In this document: positions 43,101-55,008 of the stretch, piece by piece
How the letters are laid out: the number at the start of each line of letters is the position of its first letter
Numbering within the stretch: the first letter of the stretch is position 1
Source: Chrysemys picta bellii
Lineage: Eukaryota
NCBI RefSeq assembly: GCF_011386835.1
Contig: NC_088803.1
Location: 35,154,001 to 35,218,000 of the forward strand
DNA: 64,000 nucleotides
Direction: 5' to 3'
Notes under the pieces: generated by a model
Told to the model about the DNA's origin: nothing
The model's database searches: none
What the model saw: the letters and a program-made list of their open reading frames with translations, nothing else
Position numbers and translations under genes: made by a program

Positions 43101-43744
43101 CACAGAGACAATGGCAGGGCTGGAGATGGTGGATGATTCCAGGTCCGTTAACGCTGCTTCTGAGGCAATGTCAGTGATGTGATGGGAGGTTATACAATGG
43201 GGTAAATTAGGCTGTCTCCCATTTATGCTACTTCATTAGATGGATGCACCCCCCTGCTCTGTTCAAACCCCAATGCAAGTCACCTGCTAAAGTTTCAGAG
43301 CAGGTAGCTCCTGTTTTGGGACAGGTGATGATCACTGCACAAATACATCACTGACCTAGTTAGTGTTTGCCAGAACTGAGGAGAAAGTTCATAGCAGGAA
43401 GGAGCATCTTTACTGTCTCCCCACTCTCTCCTGCTGGCAGCACGTGCCTAGAGCATAAATGTTTTGAAACCTGGGGACTCAGCTAACAGAAAGTCGTTGA
43501 ACTGGGCATCTCAACTGCCCCTGAAATGCTGTCCCGTGCATCTCCTCCAAGGAGCCACCTCACACTCCACAGTTAACATCTGCCCCCGATGGGTGTGAAG
43601 TGGAGAAAGGGAAATGTTTTTACCTTTGTGAGAACTTTGTTTTCTATTAGTCTGACCAGCTGCTTTATTTGGGGTCCAAACAATGAGGAATACGGCCACC
43701 AGAGCAAAAGACACTTTGACTTGCCAGTAGAGCTCTGCGGAGAA

Positions 43745-44540
43745 CAGAAATTCCATTTCACAGAGGATTTTGAGATTTCTAATTTTTTTTTGTTCTGAAC
43801 AAACTCTGAAATCCTCTGCAAAAGAAAATCCCAAAACAGTTTCATTTCAGATCGATCAAAATGTTTTGTTTTGATTTTGATTTTATTTTAAATAGTATGA
43901 CAATAATTCTAATATAGAATTATATAAAACAAATTAAAAAATAAAAATAAGTTTTTTTCAAAAAGAAAAATCAAAATGTTTCATTCTGAAAATGTTGAAG
44001 TGGGGTTGTGGAAGCAGAAGAGTAAGATCTAGGGGTAGATGTCTTTAGACCCTTTAAGGATTGAGCAAAAAGAAACCCTAACCCTAACCACGGGAGAGTT
44101 GTAGGAGATGCTGTTCTCGCCTTTGCTTTTAGTTGATAAGAATGGAATGATGACTTAAGCAGAAACCTTGAGATAAGGTAGTGTCTGGAGGGAGTTTGTA
44201 TAAACAAAGGATAACCGTTAGCTGTTGATGTATGTAACGGAAAAGTATAAATACTTGTCTTTTACTGCTTGTAGGGGGAAGATCTGCCTGAAGTCAGGAG
44301 ACCCCCTGTCCGACTGCAGTCTTCCCTTGCAATTGCTCGTAATAAACTGTCTCTGACTTGTTGCTAACAAACGCAGAGTGAGGACTTGTTTTCTTCCACA
44401 GGGTATTTCAACACTGTCTGAATTATTTCCCTCTTCCCTCATTTTATTTTCCTAAATGAAATTTCAGCAAAATCAATACAATTTCATGAAGCATTTCATT
44501 TTTGATGGAATTGCATTTTCAGCTGGAAAATTGCTCCAGC
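43745..44540. mobile_element. AT-rich old repeat, probably a DNA-transposon remnant, interrupted by the solo LTR
   Basis: AT-rich GAAATT/TTTCA-type motifs on both sides of the LTR; similar sequence at about 9410-9590. Confidence 0.45.
44007..44400 (+). mobile_element. Solo LTR, 394 bp
   Basis: 8-bp terminal inverted repeat TGTGGAAG...CTTCCACA, 4-bp TSD GGGT, TATAAA at 44246-44251 and AATAAA at 44341-44346. Confidence 0.88.
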
Positions 44541-45047
44541 CAGGTTCTTCTGACCTGATCTACTTGTCAGGTTTTCCTCACCATCACCTGGTCATAGCCC
44601 ACAGCCCTCCTGTGGCATCCCTCAAACCAGAGGCCATTCTGTCTGGTCTAACTGTGCTCCTAAGTCACTTGGATATGTTTGAAAATGTCCCCCACTCCGA
44701 ATAAGTCTTCCTTAATGCTGGATTTCCCATCTTGTGTGTGTCTTTTATGCTGTAAGTTGCTTGGGGCAGGGACTGTCTTTATATTAGGGTGTTGGTACAG
44801 CGCTAAGCCCACTGTTGGTGTTAAACAAATAAATCAAGGCTAATGACTAGCCAGAGACCTGACATTCAGGAGCTTTTATTCTCCCCCCCCTAACCCCCCG
44901 TTTTCACATCAACATGAAAATTCAGTTCACATTTTTAAAGTGTGAATTCAGCACCAAGTGCCCCAGGAGGGGTGTAATCTTTGATCTGGGTGAATGGTCC
45001 ACAGGAGTAAGAAATGTGTTCTGTGTCCATGGCCCCTTCACACCTTA

Positions 45048-45320
45048 GGCCTGGTCCCCACTTAGTCCGGACTTCGGACTAAGGTACGCAAATTCAGCTA
45101 CGTTAATAACGTAGCTGAATTCGAAGTACCTTAGTCCGAACTTACCGCGGTCCAGACGCGGCCGGAAGTCTCCCCCCGTCGACGCCGCGTACTCCTCTCG
45201 GCGAGCTGGAGTACCGGCGCCGACTGTGAGCACTTCCGGGATCGATCCGGGATCGATTTATCGCGTCTTAACCAGACGCGATAAATCGATCCCAGAACAT
45301 CGATGGCGTGCCGCCGGACC
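45048..45320. mobile_element. CpG-rich MITE (possibly Harbinger-like), one end missing
   Basis: Homologous to 297-523, with a perfect 20-bp inverted repeat at 45249-45268 / 45274-45293. Confidence 0.75.
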
Positions 45321-45646
45321 AGCCCATGCCATAGGGGAGGAAGACTAGGCCTTAGCCTCCCCTCTGCTGAGAGCACCAGCCCATGCCATAGGGGAGGATG
45401 GATTTTGTGATGTAGGCAGCTGCAGAGAGCCACCTTTCACACAGGGGTCATCACCAACCACTAGATGGCAGTGACTTCCCAGGGCTAGCGTGGAACTGAT
45501 GGGCTATCCAAAAAGGGCTCTTGCTGCCTTCCTCAATCCCTGAGCCACCTAGTCCATCTCAGTTAACACATTATTACTGTAGAGGCCTTTATCATGGACC
45601 AGGATCCCATTGTTCCAGGTGCTGTACAAACACAGAACAAAGGGAG

Positions 45647-46150
45647 GTTTCAGAGTAGCAGCCGTGTTAGTCTGTATCTGCAAAAAGAACAGGAGTACTT
45701 GTGGCACCTTAGAGACTAACAAATTTATTTGAGCATAAGCTTTCGTGGGCTACAGCCCACTTCATTGGATGCATAGAATGGAACATATAGTAAGGAGATA
45801 TATATACACATACAGAGAACATGAAAAGGTGGGAGTTGCCCTACCAACTCTAAGAGGCTAATTAATTAAGAGAAAAAACTTTTACAGTGATAATCAAGAT
45901 AGCCCATTACAGACAGCTTGACAAGAAGGTGTGAAGATACTTAACATGGGGAAATAGATTCAATGTGTATAATGGCTCAGCCATTCCTAGTCTCTATTCA
46001 AACCCAAATTGATGGTATCTAGTTTGCATGTCAGTTCAAGTTCAGCAGTTTCTCCTTGGAGTCTGTTTTTGAAGCTTTTCTGTTGCAAAACTGCCACCTT
46101 TAAGTCTGTTACTGAGTGACCAGAGAGGTTGAAGTGTTCTCCTACTGGGT
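45647..46150 (-). mobile_element. Penelope-like retroelement 3' fragment (GIY-YIG C-terminus plus terminal repeat)
   Basis: The minus frame reads PVGEHFNLSGHSVTDLKVAVLQQKSFKNRLQGETAELEL, nearly identical to the 1623-1895 ORF. The hammerhead-type repeat at 45733-45772 has a mutated core CCAAUGA. Confidence 0.9.
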
Positions 46151-47136
46151 ACACTAGTCCCTTCATTTTAAACATTCAGCCAAGCTTGTTGGATTGCAAT
46201 CAAATCCACAGCCTTCCTGTGTACCCTACCCATTGCCCTTTGTTTCCTTCAAAGAGCTGAAACGCAGAGAGATGGTCTGTGAGCGCAGCCGCTGGTGGTC
46301 TATCAAGTCCACTATCCTGCCTGTATACTCGATGCCCTTGACCAACTCCGCAATGCTGCATATGAGGACTGATAGGGATTTCCCCCTATCCCTTGCCGAC
46401 TGATCTCCCTACACCTTGAAGCATGACAGTTCATCACCGCTGTGCCTTTGTACATATCTGCTTTACAGTGCTCTGCCCACACCACTTTCAAGAACAGTCA
46501 GACACCAGATATGGTCCCCTGGACACTATCATAATTACTAAGGATAGGAAACTCACAGCCACATTCCCAAATGTCATGGATGGTAGGGGACCCCTTGATT
46601 CCTTCATAACCCTCTTCATCAGCAAGTTCCACTCAGTTGTGGAGTTTGCATTGTGAGCAGTTTGCCCCTCCCTTGCCCCAGCTATTGTTAAGAGTAGCAG
46701 AAAATGCTCCACAAATTCCCGAAGTGGTTGATCCAGAAATCCCACGAACAAAGCAGGAACTTTGATCCCTTCTTGACTGCTCACCTACCAAGCAGGACAG
46801 TGCCCCATGACCTGTGGTGCAGGGATCCAGTGCCAACACCTCCAAGCTTTACGTAGCATGGATGTTAGCAAGGCAGCTTTCACAGATAAACAAATCAGCA
46901 GCTCTGATCTCATCTTGAAAGGACATATCTAAAGCAGATACGGGTCCCCCTCCACCACAAACCCACAGAATTCAGCCTTTGTGTCACAGCGCCTGTCTCT
47001 TCTATGCTTCACTGATGAATCAGACACTGTGTGTGACCCCACTGAAAGAAGAGAGGAGGCAGGGGGAGTTAGGAGAAAAGAGTGAGAGCTTCAAACGGAG
47101 CAGCATTGCCAGATGCATACACAGGTACATGTGCAT

Positions 47137-47178
47137 GCACACACACACACAAACATACACACACACACACACACACAC
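47137..47178. repeat. (CA)n microsatellite
   Basis: Visible directly; one interruption. Confidence 0.9.
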
Positions 47179-47833
47179 TGGTAAAGCACTTTTGAATACA
47201 GCAGTGTTTTACACACAGAGACATGCTACTAATATGCTGACATGGATGCAGATGCATTGCTGGATATATATACCCATTTTAAAACACATGCATATACACA
47301 TATAGGTCAATACACACTCACACCCATGTACACATACAACAGTGCCTTCAACCCAGCAACATTGCAGACACACATACACAGGTCCACCATCCCCAGGAGT
47401 AACAGGGACAGTAGCAATCTTTGTTCACCTAGCCATCATGGTATTAAAAAGGAGACACTACCACTCTCCTGGTACCGTATATTTGATCACTGACTGTGTT
47501 TCCAGCCCCATTGGGGCAGCTCCACTCTCTCGGAGATCAATCTACTGAAAGGCATGTGCAGTTTCAGCTTTCCTGCCCTGTGTTCTCTCTCTTTGGCAGG
47601 TTTCCCTCCTTCCCCTCATGTTCTTTGCATCCCAGGCTTGATTTCACCTGCCTGCTTTCTGGGCACTGATTTGATATTTGTAGAAACTGGAAATGGAAAA
47701 GGCCTATTCTCTCTAGTCTCTCCTGGGGCGGGGGAAGGTGCAAGATTGTTCTCTGCCAGTAGATTTGATAGTCCATTGTTAAATGCCCCAAATGATGAGA
47801 CTCACCGCCTTTGCTCTGGTAGCTGCTCTAATG

Positions 47834-48764
47834 CAGTGGTTCTCAACCAGGGGCCCGGGGTCCCTTGGGGGATCACGAGCAGGCTTCAGGGGGGTCACCA
47901 AGCAGGGCCAGCATTAGACTCACTGTGGCCCATGGCAGAAAGGTGAAGCCCCACCGCTTGGGGCTGAAGGCCAGGGCCCTGAACCCTGCCACCTGGGGCT
48001 GCAGCCAAAGCCTGAGCAACGTACAGACTAGGGACCAAGTGGCTAGGCAGCAGTTCTGCAGAAAAGGACCTAGGGGTTACAGTGGATGAGAAGCTGGATA
48101 TGAGTCAACAGTGTGCCCTTGTTGCCAAGAAGGCTAACAGCATTTTGGCTGTATAGGTAGGGTCATTGCCAGCAGATCGAGGGACGTGATCATTCCCCTC
48201 TATTGGACATTGCTGAGGCCTCATCTGGAGTACTGTGTCCAGTTTTGGGCCCCACACTACAAGAAGGATGTGGAAAAATTGGAAAGAGTCCAGCGGAGGG
48301 CAACAAAAATGATTAGGGGGCTGGAGCACATGACTTATGAGGAGAGGCTGAGGGAACTGGGATTGTTTAGTCTGCAGAAGAGAAGAATGAGGGGGGATTT
48401 GATAGCTGCTTTCAACTACCTGAAAAGGGGGTTCCAAAGAGGCTGGATCTAGACTGTTCTCAGTGGTACCAGATGACAGAACAAGGAGTAATGGTCTCAA
48501 GTTGCAGTGGAGGAGGTTTAGGTTGGATATTAGGAAAAACTTTTTCCTTAGGAGGGTGGTGAAGCACTGGAATGGGTTACCTAGGGAGGTGGTGGAATCT
48601 CCTTCGTTAGAGGTTTTTAAGGTCAGGCTTGACAAAGCCCTGGCTGGGATGATTTAGTTGGGGATTGGTCTTGCTTTGAGCAGGGGGTGAACTAGATGAC
48701 CTCCTGAGGTCCCTTCCAACCCTGATATTCTATGAATGTAGCTTCACGGGGCTGAGAACTGCTG
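47834..48764. mobile_element. hAT-type MITE interrupted by a CR1
   Basis: Termini CAGTGGTTCTC / GAGAACTGCTG; near-perfect 8-bp TSD CTCTAATG / CTCTAATC. Confidence 0.8.
48030..48736 (+). mobile_element. CR1 LINE 3' fragment, relatively young
   Basis: [55 protein letters not shown], a frameshift near 48430, and a 3' end ATTCTATG. Confidence 0.95.
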
Positions 48765-49326
48765 CTCTAATCATTCCCCTTGTCAGGAAGTTTGCCTCTT
48801 ATATTCAGACTACACTCTCCTTTTCTGAATTTCATCCCACTCATCTCAGGTGCACGCCCTGTGTATGACACTGAATCATCCCACTCTTGCTGTTTGTTTA
48901 GCTCTTCTTACCTCCCAGAAATCAGCCCCTCCAGTCCCTGAATGCCCTTCTATCAAGTATTGAGCGGCCCAGAACTGGACATGATATTCCACGTGTGCTC
49001 ACACCGGAGCTGTGGATAGAGGTCTGTAGGACAGTTCCTCACCAGTCTCTACTGGATTTGGAGCTCCCTGTGTCAAATACATACTCACTCCAGGTAGCTG
49101 GTGCTGGTTAAGGTCAGCCAGCCACAACATCACAGCTAGAGTCATCTACACTCTATATCAGTAATACTCAGACTGCAGCTCACGAGAGCAAGTGGCTCTT
49201 TAATGCGTCTCCTGAGGCTCTTTGCAGCACATGATATTAAAACACTCTGTTATTAACCAGTCAGAATACTTCTACTATGTTATTAACCAATTAAGTTATC
49301 AACTTGCACTAAGTTATTAACTTATT

Positions 49327-49347
49327 TGTGTGTGTGTGTGTGTACAC

Positions 49348-49390
<43 letters not shown>
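49327..49390. repeat. Compound (TG)n-(TA)n-(CA)n microsatellite
   Basis: Visible directly; self-complementary arrangement. Confidence 0.9.
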
Positions 49391-49393
<3 letters not shown>

Positions 49394-50922
49394 TTTCCCA
49401 TCATACTGTTTAAATATGAATAGTACTATAGTAAATGAAGCAATGAATTCACACGATTGTGGCTCTTCTGGGTAATTTAGCTCCTGAACAATTGAGGTCT
49501 GAGTATCACTGCTCTGTAAACACAAAGAAATCAGGCCAGGAGCTCTGTAAGCTCAGAATGCCCCAGTCTGGTGGAAGTAGGCCTATAAGTCACAATACTC
49601 AGGTCTGTGAACTTGCCTCTCACTTTAGACCCACTCTACGCTGGTGGTCCTAGTCACCAGCTGAGGAGAGACAATCAGACACACCCAGGTTAGTTTCTGC
49701 TCCTTTCTTCAGAGCCCTGTTTATATCACCTTCAGAAAGAAAGAAGGGGGGGGGGGGGAAAGGTGTGCAAAAAAACCAACAACACAAATATCACCCTGGT
49801 CAGCATTCAGACTGGGGTCCTCTGAGTTTCAGTAGCTACCAGGAATGATCCTTTCCAACCCCTGGGGGCTCCTTAGGGCCAGCCAACCAGCCAGCTCTGG
49901 TTACTAAAGAAAACATCTCAATCCTGGCTACCCCCTTCTTTATGCATTGAGTTCTCCTTTATATTGTCTGGCTGAGAGTGTGGGGCAATCATGAAATGCT
50001 GATCAGCTGTGTCAACTGAGTCCCAGCACCTGCCTGCTGGGCTTCTCTCTGGAACAGGGTTGGTACTTGTCCCCCTTCCCCTGGACTATTAAAGGGGCAG
50101 ATTGCCCTGTTATACCCACTTTTACTTCCCTTCCCTCAAACCTATTCATTTTTATTATGAATTATTAGTATCAGAAATGCTGGCTCAGGAGAGAGGTCAC
50201 CAGAAACATTCTGTATGTAATAAATCCAAAGCCAGTTCCTTTCACGTTTCCCCACCTTTTCTCACCATGAAGACAGCTCTCCACCCCTACAGCAATACCC
50301 AGAGCCCCAGGTATTGTGCCAGGAATCATGAGAGCTCCTGGTAGTTATTTATTTATGCTTAATAATAATTAAATTTGCACGGCTACAGTCCCTTTCATCT
50401 CAGGATCTCAGCGGCTTTAAAAACATTAATGAACAAAGCCCCACAGCCTCAGGACTATTCTCATTTTATGGATGAGGAAACTAAGGCACAGACTGACTTT
50501 CTCAAGGTCACCCAGTGAGCTGATGGCAGATTGGGAGTGCCAGTCCCCTGCCCTGAATGTTTGCCGTGCTGCTCCACTTTTTGGTTTCCTATGTTAAACT
50601 GGAAACTGTCCTATCTGGGGGAGCTAGAACCCCTCACTATTGATGTTACACCCTTCTCTTTATTCCTCCCCCGGTGTGCATTACCCCCCACCCCATCTGC
50701 AACTCCCCAGCACACCCTGTCACCCTCAATATTGACATGTGGTTTCTGGTGTCACAGATAAATGAGGTCACAGCCTCTGTCTGAATTGACATCAACCCAA
50801 GACCTCAGACCCTAGGGAGGACCAGAGGCATTTCAGAGAGAGGGAGCTCCCAGGTACCTCTCAGATATCTTGCCTGTCTGCCACAGAACCTCCCATCAAA
50901 GCCCTTACAGAACTATCCCTGA

Positions 50923-53900
50923 ATGACAATGAAGGCCCCAGGGAAGAAGAAAGCCCTCATTCACCAGGTACAGTCAGTCCTTCTTCAGACCCTGTGATGA
51001 GTTGTAGTGATCCTCCTCCCTGAACCTCTTTGAAACTGGCAAAGGGAATGAATAGGTGGGGTGGGGGAAGAGAGAATTTGCCCTTAGACTGGAAGGATGT
51101 AGACTGTAAGGCTTTTGGGGCTGGGACCCGGTTTTCCTACGTGTTCTGTATAATGCTGAGCACCTTGGTGGGGCTCAACCACTAAAGCAATAACAAACAC
51201 ATGCAGTAGGGAAAGTCCCAGCATGGCCATGAATTTAAAGAAGTCTAACGTGATGCTGCACACATACTAGGGTTATCCAGCAGTGGCCTTTTAAATGTTG
51301 CACTGACTCATAGGCTCAGAGACATTAGAGATAAGAAAAAGACTGATCAGGTCCCATCTAGACACTGGTTCCCCCAGAGGACAGGGCAGGATTGTCCCCT
51401 ACAACGCATTTGCTAGTGCTTTGTCCACTCTAGTATTAAATCTATTGCCTCAAGTGTGCCTGGTCTTTTCCTTTCACAGACTGAAGATGTGAAGACTGGA
51501 GCATGTCAGCTGAGCGACATGGAACAAGAGAAGAACCATCTAAAGACAGTAAGAAGCCACCCTGGTTTTTTACATGTACCAGCCCCTGGTTGATAGGTGT
51601 CACCTTCATTACGAGGCAATAGGCACTGTAAAACTGGACGGTAGTGTGGGGTCTGTGCATGTCAGGAGCCTTGTTCCCTACCCCTCTGCAGGCTGAGCTG
51701 CAGCTCATGGACTCTTCCCATAGTTGTGTATCTGTTCGTCTCGAACGCTCCCTGGTTCTTGGCTGGAATTTAAAGGGAGGGCAAGAGTGTGCATGTCAAC
51801 ATCTCAGTGTCTCTTTCTTCTATGGGCCAAGGGCTCAGAAGGGATGCACAACTGGGGATCTGTCTGACACGCTGGCCCAAGGGGCTGGAAAGGATGTGAC
51901 TGGCCTGTAGCTTCTGCTTCCTTCTCTGGCTGTGACAACCTCATGAGATCGGAGCAGGCAATAAAGTATTTCAGCCTTTCATTCCCATTGTACCCAATCT
52001 GGCAGATACTCAAGAAGCTGTCACTGCTGAAGCTGCTGAAGAACGCTGATCACAGGATCCTCCGGCTACGTGCATTAGCTATCAGCTACTGGAAGTCACT
52101 GGCATTCCAGAAGCCTCCCAACCTCGCTGCTGTCCCCTCTGGGTGAGTCCCTGTATAACGGAATCCCTGGCTTTTTGCTTCCCTGTGACTGTCTAATGGG
52201 CACAATGCATGAACCTGAGGATGGTTACGTGATGGTGAGCTTTGTGTGAGTACATTGTGGGATGGGGAGTTTTTTCAGGCTGTGTCAGGAAGTGTGACTG
52301 GGGGAACGGGGGAAAGAAGGGGAAGTGAAAGGTGGCAGATGGTGAAATTAGCTCATTCGGAATATTTTAGGCCACCTCTCAGCCATGATTCCATGGGGCC
52401 GCAGACAGTCTGATTTCTGCTTCCGAATGCCTGATTTAAAAAGGGGGAAATGGTGTCATGCCCAGATTTCTCCAAGAAGCTAGTGCCGGAGGGCTGGAGC
52501 GATCAGGGAAAGTACTAGAGGAGACATGACCTCCATAAGTGGAATAGAGGGATTTCAAATCAAAGAAGATAGTTTTGAGCTGTATCCTGTAATGACCCCA
52601 GGGCAAGAGAGCTGTCTGGGGATGGGAGAGATGCGCTTGTACTTTGTATGCTTGGCAAGGACAGCAGCAGCAGCCCACTCTGCATAGGCTGGTTGGAGTC
52701 TGGAGAGCTGGGCGGTGGAGAAGGGAGGTACAATTGTTGAAGCAGAATGAAATGACAGTCGGGAAGAGGCTGGGAGTCAGACTGTCCCGAGTTCTAATCC
52801 TGGCTCTGTCACTTACTCAGGGGGTGGCCTTGGGCTATTTCCCCTTCTAAATCAGGCATTCAGAAACAGAATGAGCTGGACAAACTGGAGAAATGGTCTG
52901 AAGTAAATCGGATGAAATTCAATAGGGACAAATGCAAAGTACTCCACGTAGGAAGAAACAATCAGTATACAAAATGGGAAGTGACTGCCTAGGAAGGAGT
53001 ACTGTGTAAAGGGATCTGGGGATAGTGGATCACAAGCTAAATATGAGTCAACTGTGTAACAGTGTTTCAAAAAAAGCAAATTTCATTCTGGGATGTATTA
53101 GCAGCAGTGTTGTAAGCAAGACCCCAAAAGTAATTCTTCTGCTCTACTTCACGCTGATTAGGCCTCAACTGGAGTATTGTGTCCAGTTCTGGGCGCCGCA
53201 TGTCAGGAAAGATGTGGAAAAATTGGAGAAAGTCCAGAGAAGAGCAACAAAAATGATTAAAGGTCTAGAAAACATGACCTATGAGGGAAGATTGCAAAAA
53301 TTGGGTCTGTTTAGTCTAGAGAAGAGAAGACTGAGAGGGGACATGATAACAGTTTTCAAGTACATAAAAGGTTGTTACAAGGAGGAGGGAGAAAAATTGT
53401 TCTCCTTAACCTCTGAGGATAGGACAAGAAGCAACGGGCTTAAATTGCAGCAAGAGTGGTTTAGGTTGGACATTAGGAAAAACTTCCTGTCAGGGTAGTT
53501 AAACACTGGAATAATTTGCCAAGGGAGGCTGTGGAATCTCCAGCATTGGAGATTTATAAGAGCAGGTTAGACAAACACCTTTCAGGTCTAAATCAGTGGT
53601 TCTCAACCAGGTATCCAGGGTCCCCGGGGGGCTGCGAGCAGGTTTCAGGGGGTCCATCAAGCAGGGCCAGCATCAGACTCCCTGGGGCCCAGGGCAGAAA
53701 GCAGAAGTCCCATTGCATGGGGCTAAAGCCCGAGGCCCTGAGCCCCACCAACTGGGGCTGAAGCCGAAGCCTGAGCATCTTAGCTTCATGGGGCTTTCTG
53801 TGGTATGGAGCCCCAAGCAATTTCTGTTTGCTGCTGCCTAACGCTGGCTCTGGCTTTTATATGCAGAAAATCAGTAGTTGTGCAACAGGTGGGCCATGGA

Positions 53901-55008
53901 GGTTTTATAGCATGCTGGGTGGGCCTCAGAAAGAAAAAGGTTGAGAATCCCTGGTCTAGATAATACTTAGTCCATGAGTGCAGGGAACTGGACTAGATGA
54001 TCTCTCGAGGTCCCTTCCAGTCCTGCCATTCAATTTTCTAGTCATTTCACCTCTCTGTCTCAGTATCTCTGTCTGAGAAAGGAGGATAATATGAGTTCCC
54101 TCCCGGCCTCATGGGGTGCGGTGAGCCAGATTAATTAGTTAATTTCTGTCCAGTGCTCTGAACACAGAAAGCATGATGAAAATACCACGTATTTGAAATA
54201 ATGGAGGTACGTGAGGGCAGTCACAGCCCGGATCACTGTGATCATCTCTAAAACATTTTCCTTTCACGCATGTCATTGTTCCCACCTCAACCCTTTGTCC
54301 AGGCACTTGAGAGGCAACATACCAAAATAGCCAGGTCCCTCACTACAGTCACCTAGCAGGACCACATCCTTCTTTCTTCGCAGTAGCTCCTTTTCAATGC
54401 TTGCATCCTGCCCTCTGTCTCTGAGCCACTCAGATGGTTCCTCCTCTTCCTTTTTGTATTGGGGAAGGGAGTGTCTCTTGTGTGAATGGCCCCTGCATGT
54501 TTCCTTTTGGCTTCTCTCACTCCTGTGCCTAATTGCCAGAATGATCCTTACCATTCCCTGTGGGCTGCACGCTCAGTCAAAAGGGTTGTCTCTGTGGCCA
54601 GTTCCAGGAGAGCTGGGTTAAGAGGACTGTTTTACAAGCTGTTTTGGAATCTGCAGGTGGCTGGAATGGAAAACAATCATGTTTCATTTTGGATTTTGTT
54701 TTAGGACAAGTGTCTCCTCCAAGGACCCAGACAAGCCTCAAGAAGATTCTGGTGCTAGTACTGTCACCGATGCTGAGGACATGGATACAGATTCTGCAGC
54801 TGTGCAGAGTAACCTTGAGCTGCCCTTGGAAACCCAGCCTCCTGATCTGCATCAGAAGTGCTGGTTCGAAGGCCTGCCCAAGCGGCTCCACGTACCAGCT
54901 CCCAAAGTGCTCTGTAGACCAGCGACCCAGCGATGGATTAAACCCTGCTGCACTCGGTCATGTGGCGAGACTCTGGAGCACACTCTCACCATCCAGTACC
55001 AGCAGTGA
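50923..55008 (+). CDS. TP53TG5: TP53-target gene 5 protein orthologue, 4 exons, 184 aa
   Basis: Exons: 50923-50967 (MTMKAPGKKKALIHQ), 51480-51548 (TEDVKTGACQLSDMEQEKNHLKT), 52006-52142 (ILKKLSLLKLLKNADHRILRLRALAISYWKSL...) and 54705-55008 (...KCWFEGLPKRLHVPAPKVLCRPATQRWIKPCCTRSC...*). GT-AG, phases 0/0/2, 555 nt. Matches recalled human motifs VLKNLSLLKLLKSSNRRIQEL and WFEGLPTRIHLPAPRVMCRSSTLRWVKRRCTRFC. It is antisense to and upstream of DBNDD2, as in human. Exon 1 is the least certain. Confidence 0.9.
52850..54035 (+). mobile_element. CR1 LINE 3' portion interrupted by a MITE
   Basis: ORF 53025-53498 ([28 protein letters not shown]) plus a CR1 3' UTR that resumes after 53953. Confidence 0.92.
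53594..53953. mobile_element. hAT-type MITE nested in CR1
   Basis: Termini CAGTGGTTCTCAACC / GGTTGAGAATCCCTG, near-TSD GTCTAAAT / GTCTAGAT; same family as 47834. Confidence 0.85.

Noticed and set aside
54273-54554. 93-aa charged minus-strand ORF in TP53TG5 intron 3
   Set aside because: No recognisable homology, and no splice partners that give a coherent model.
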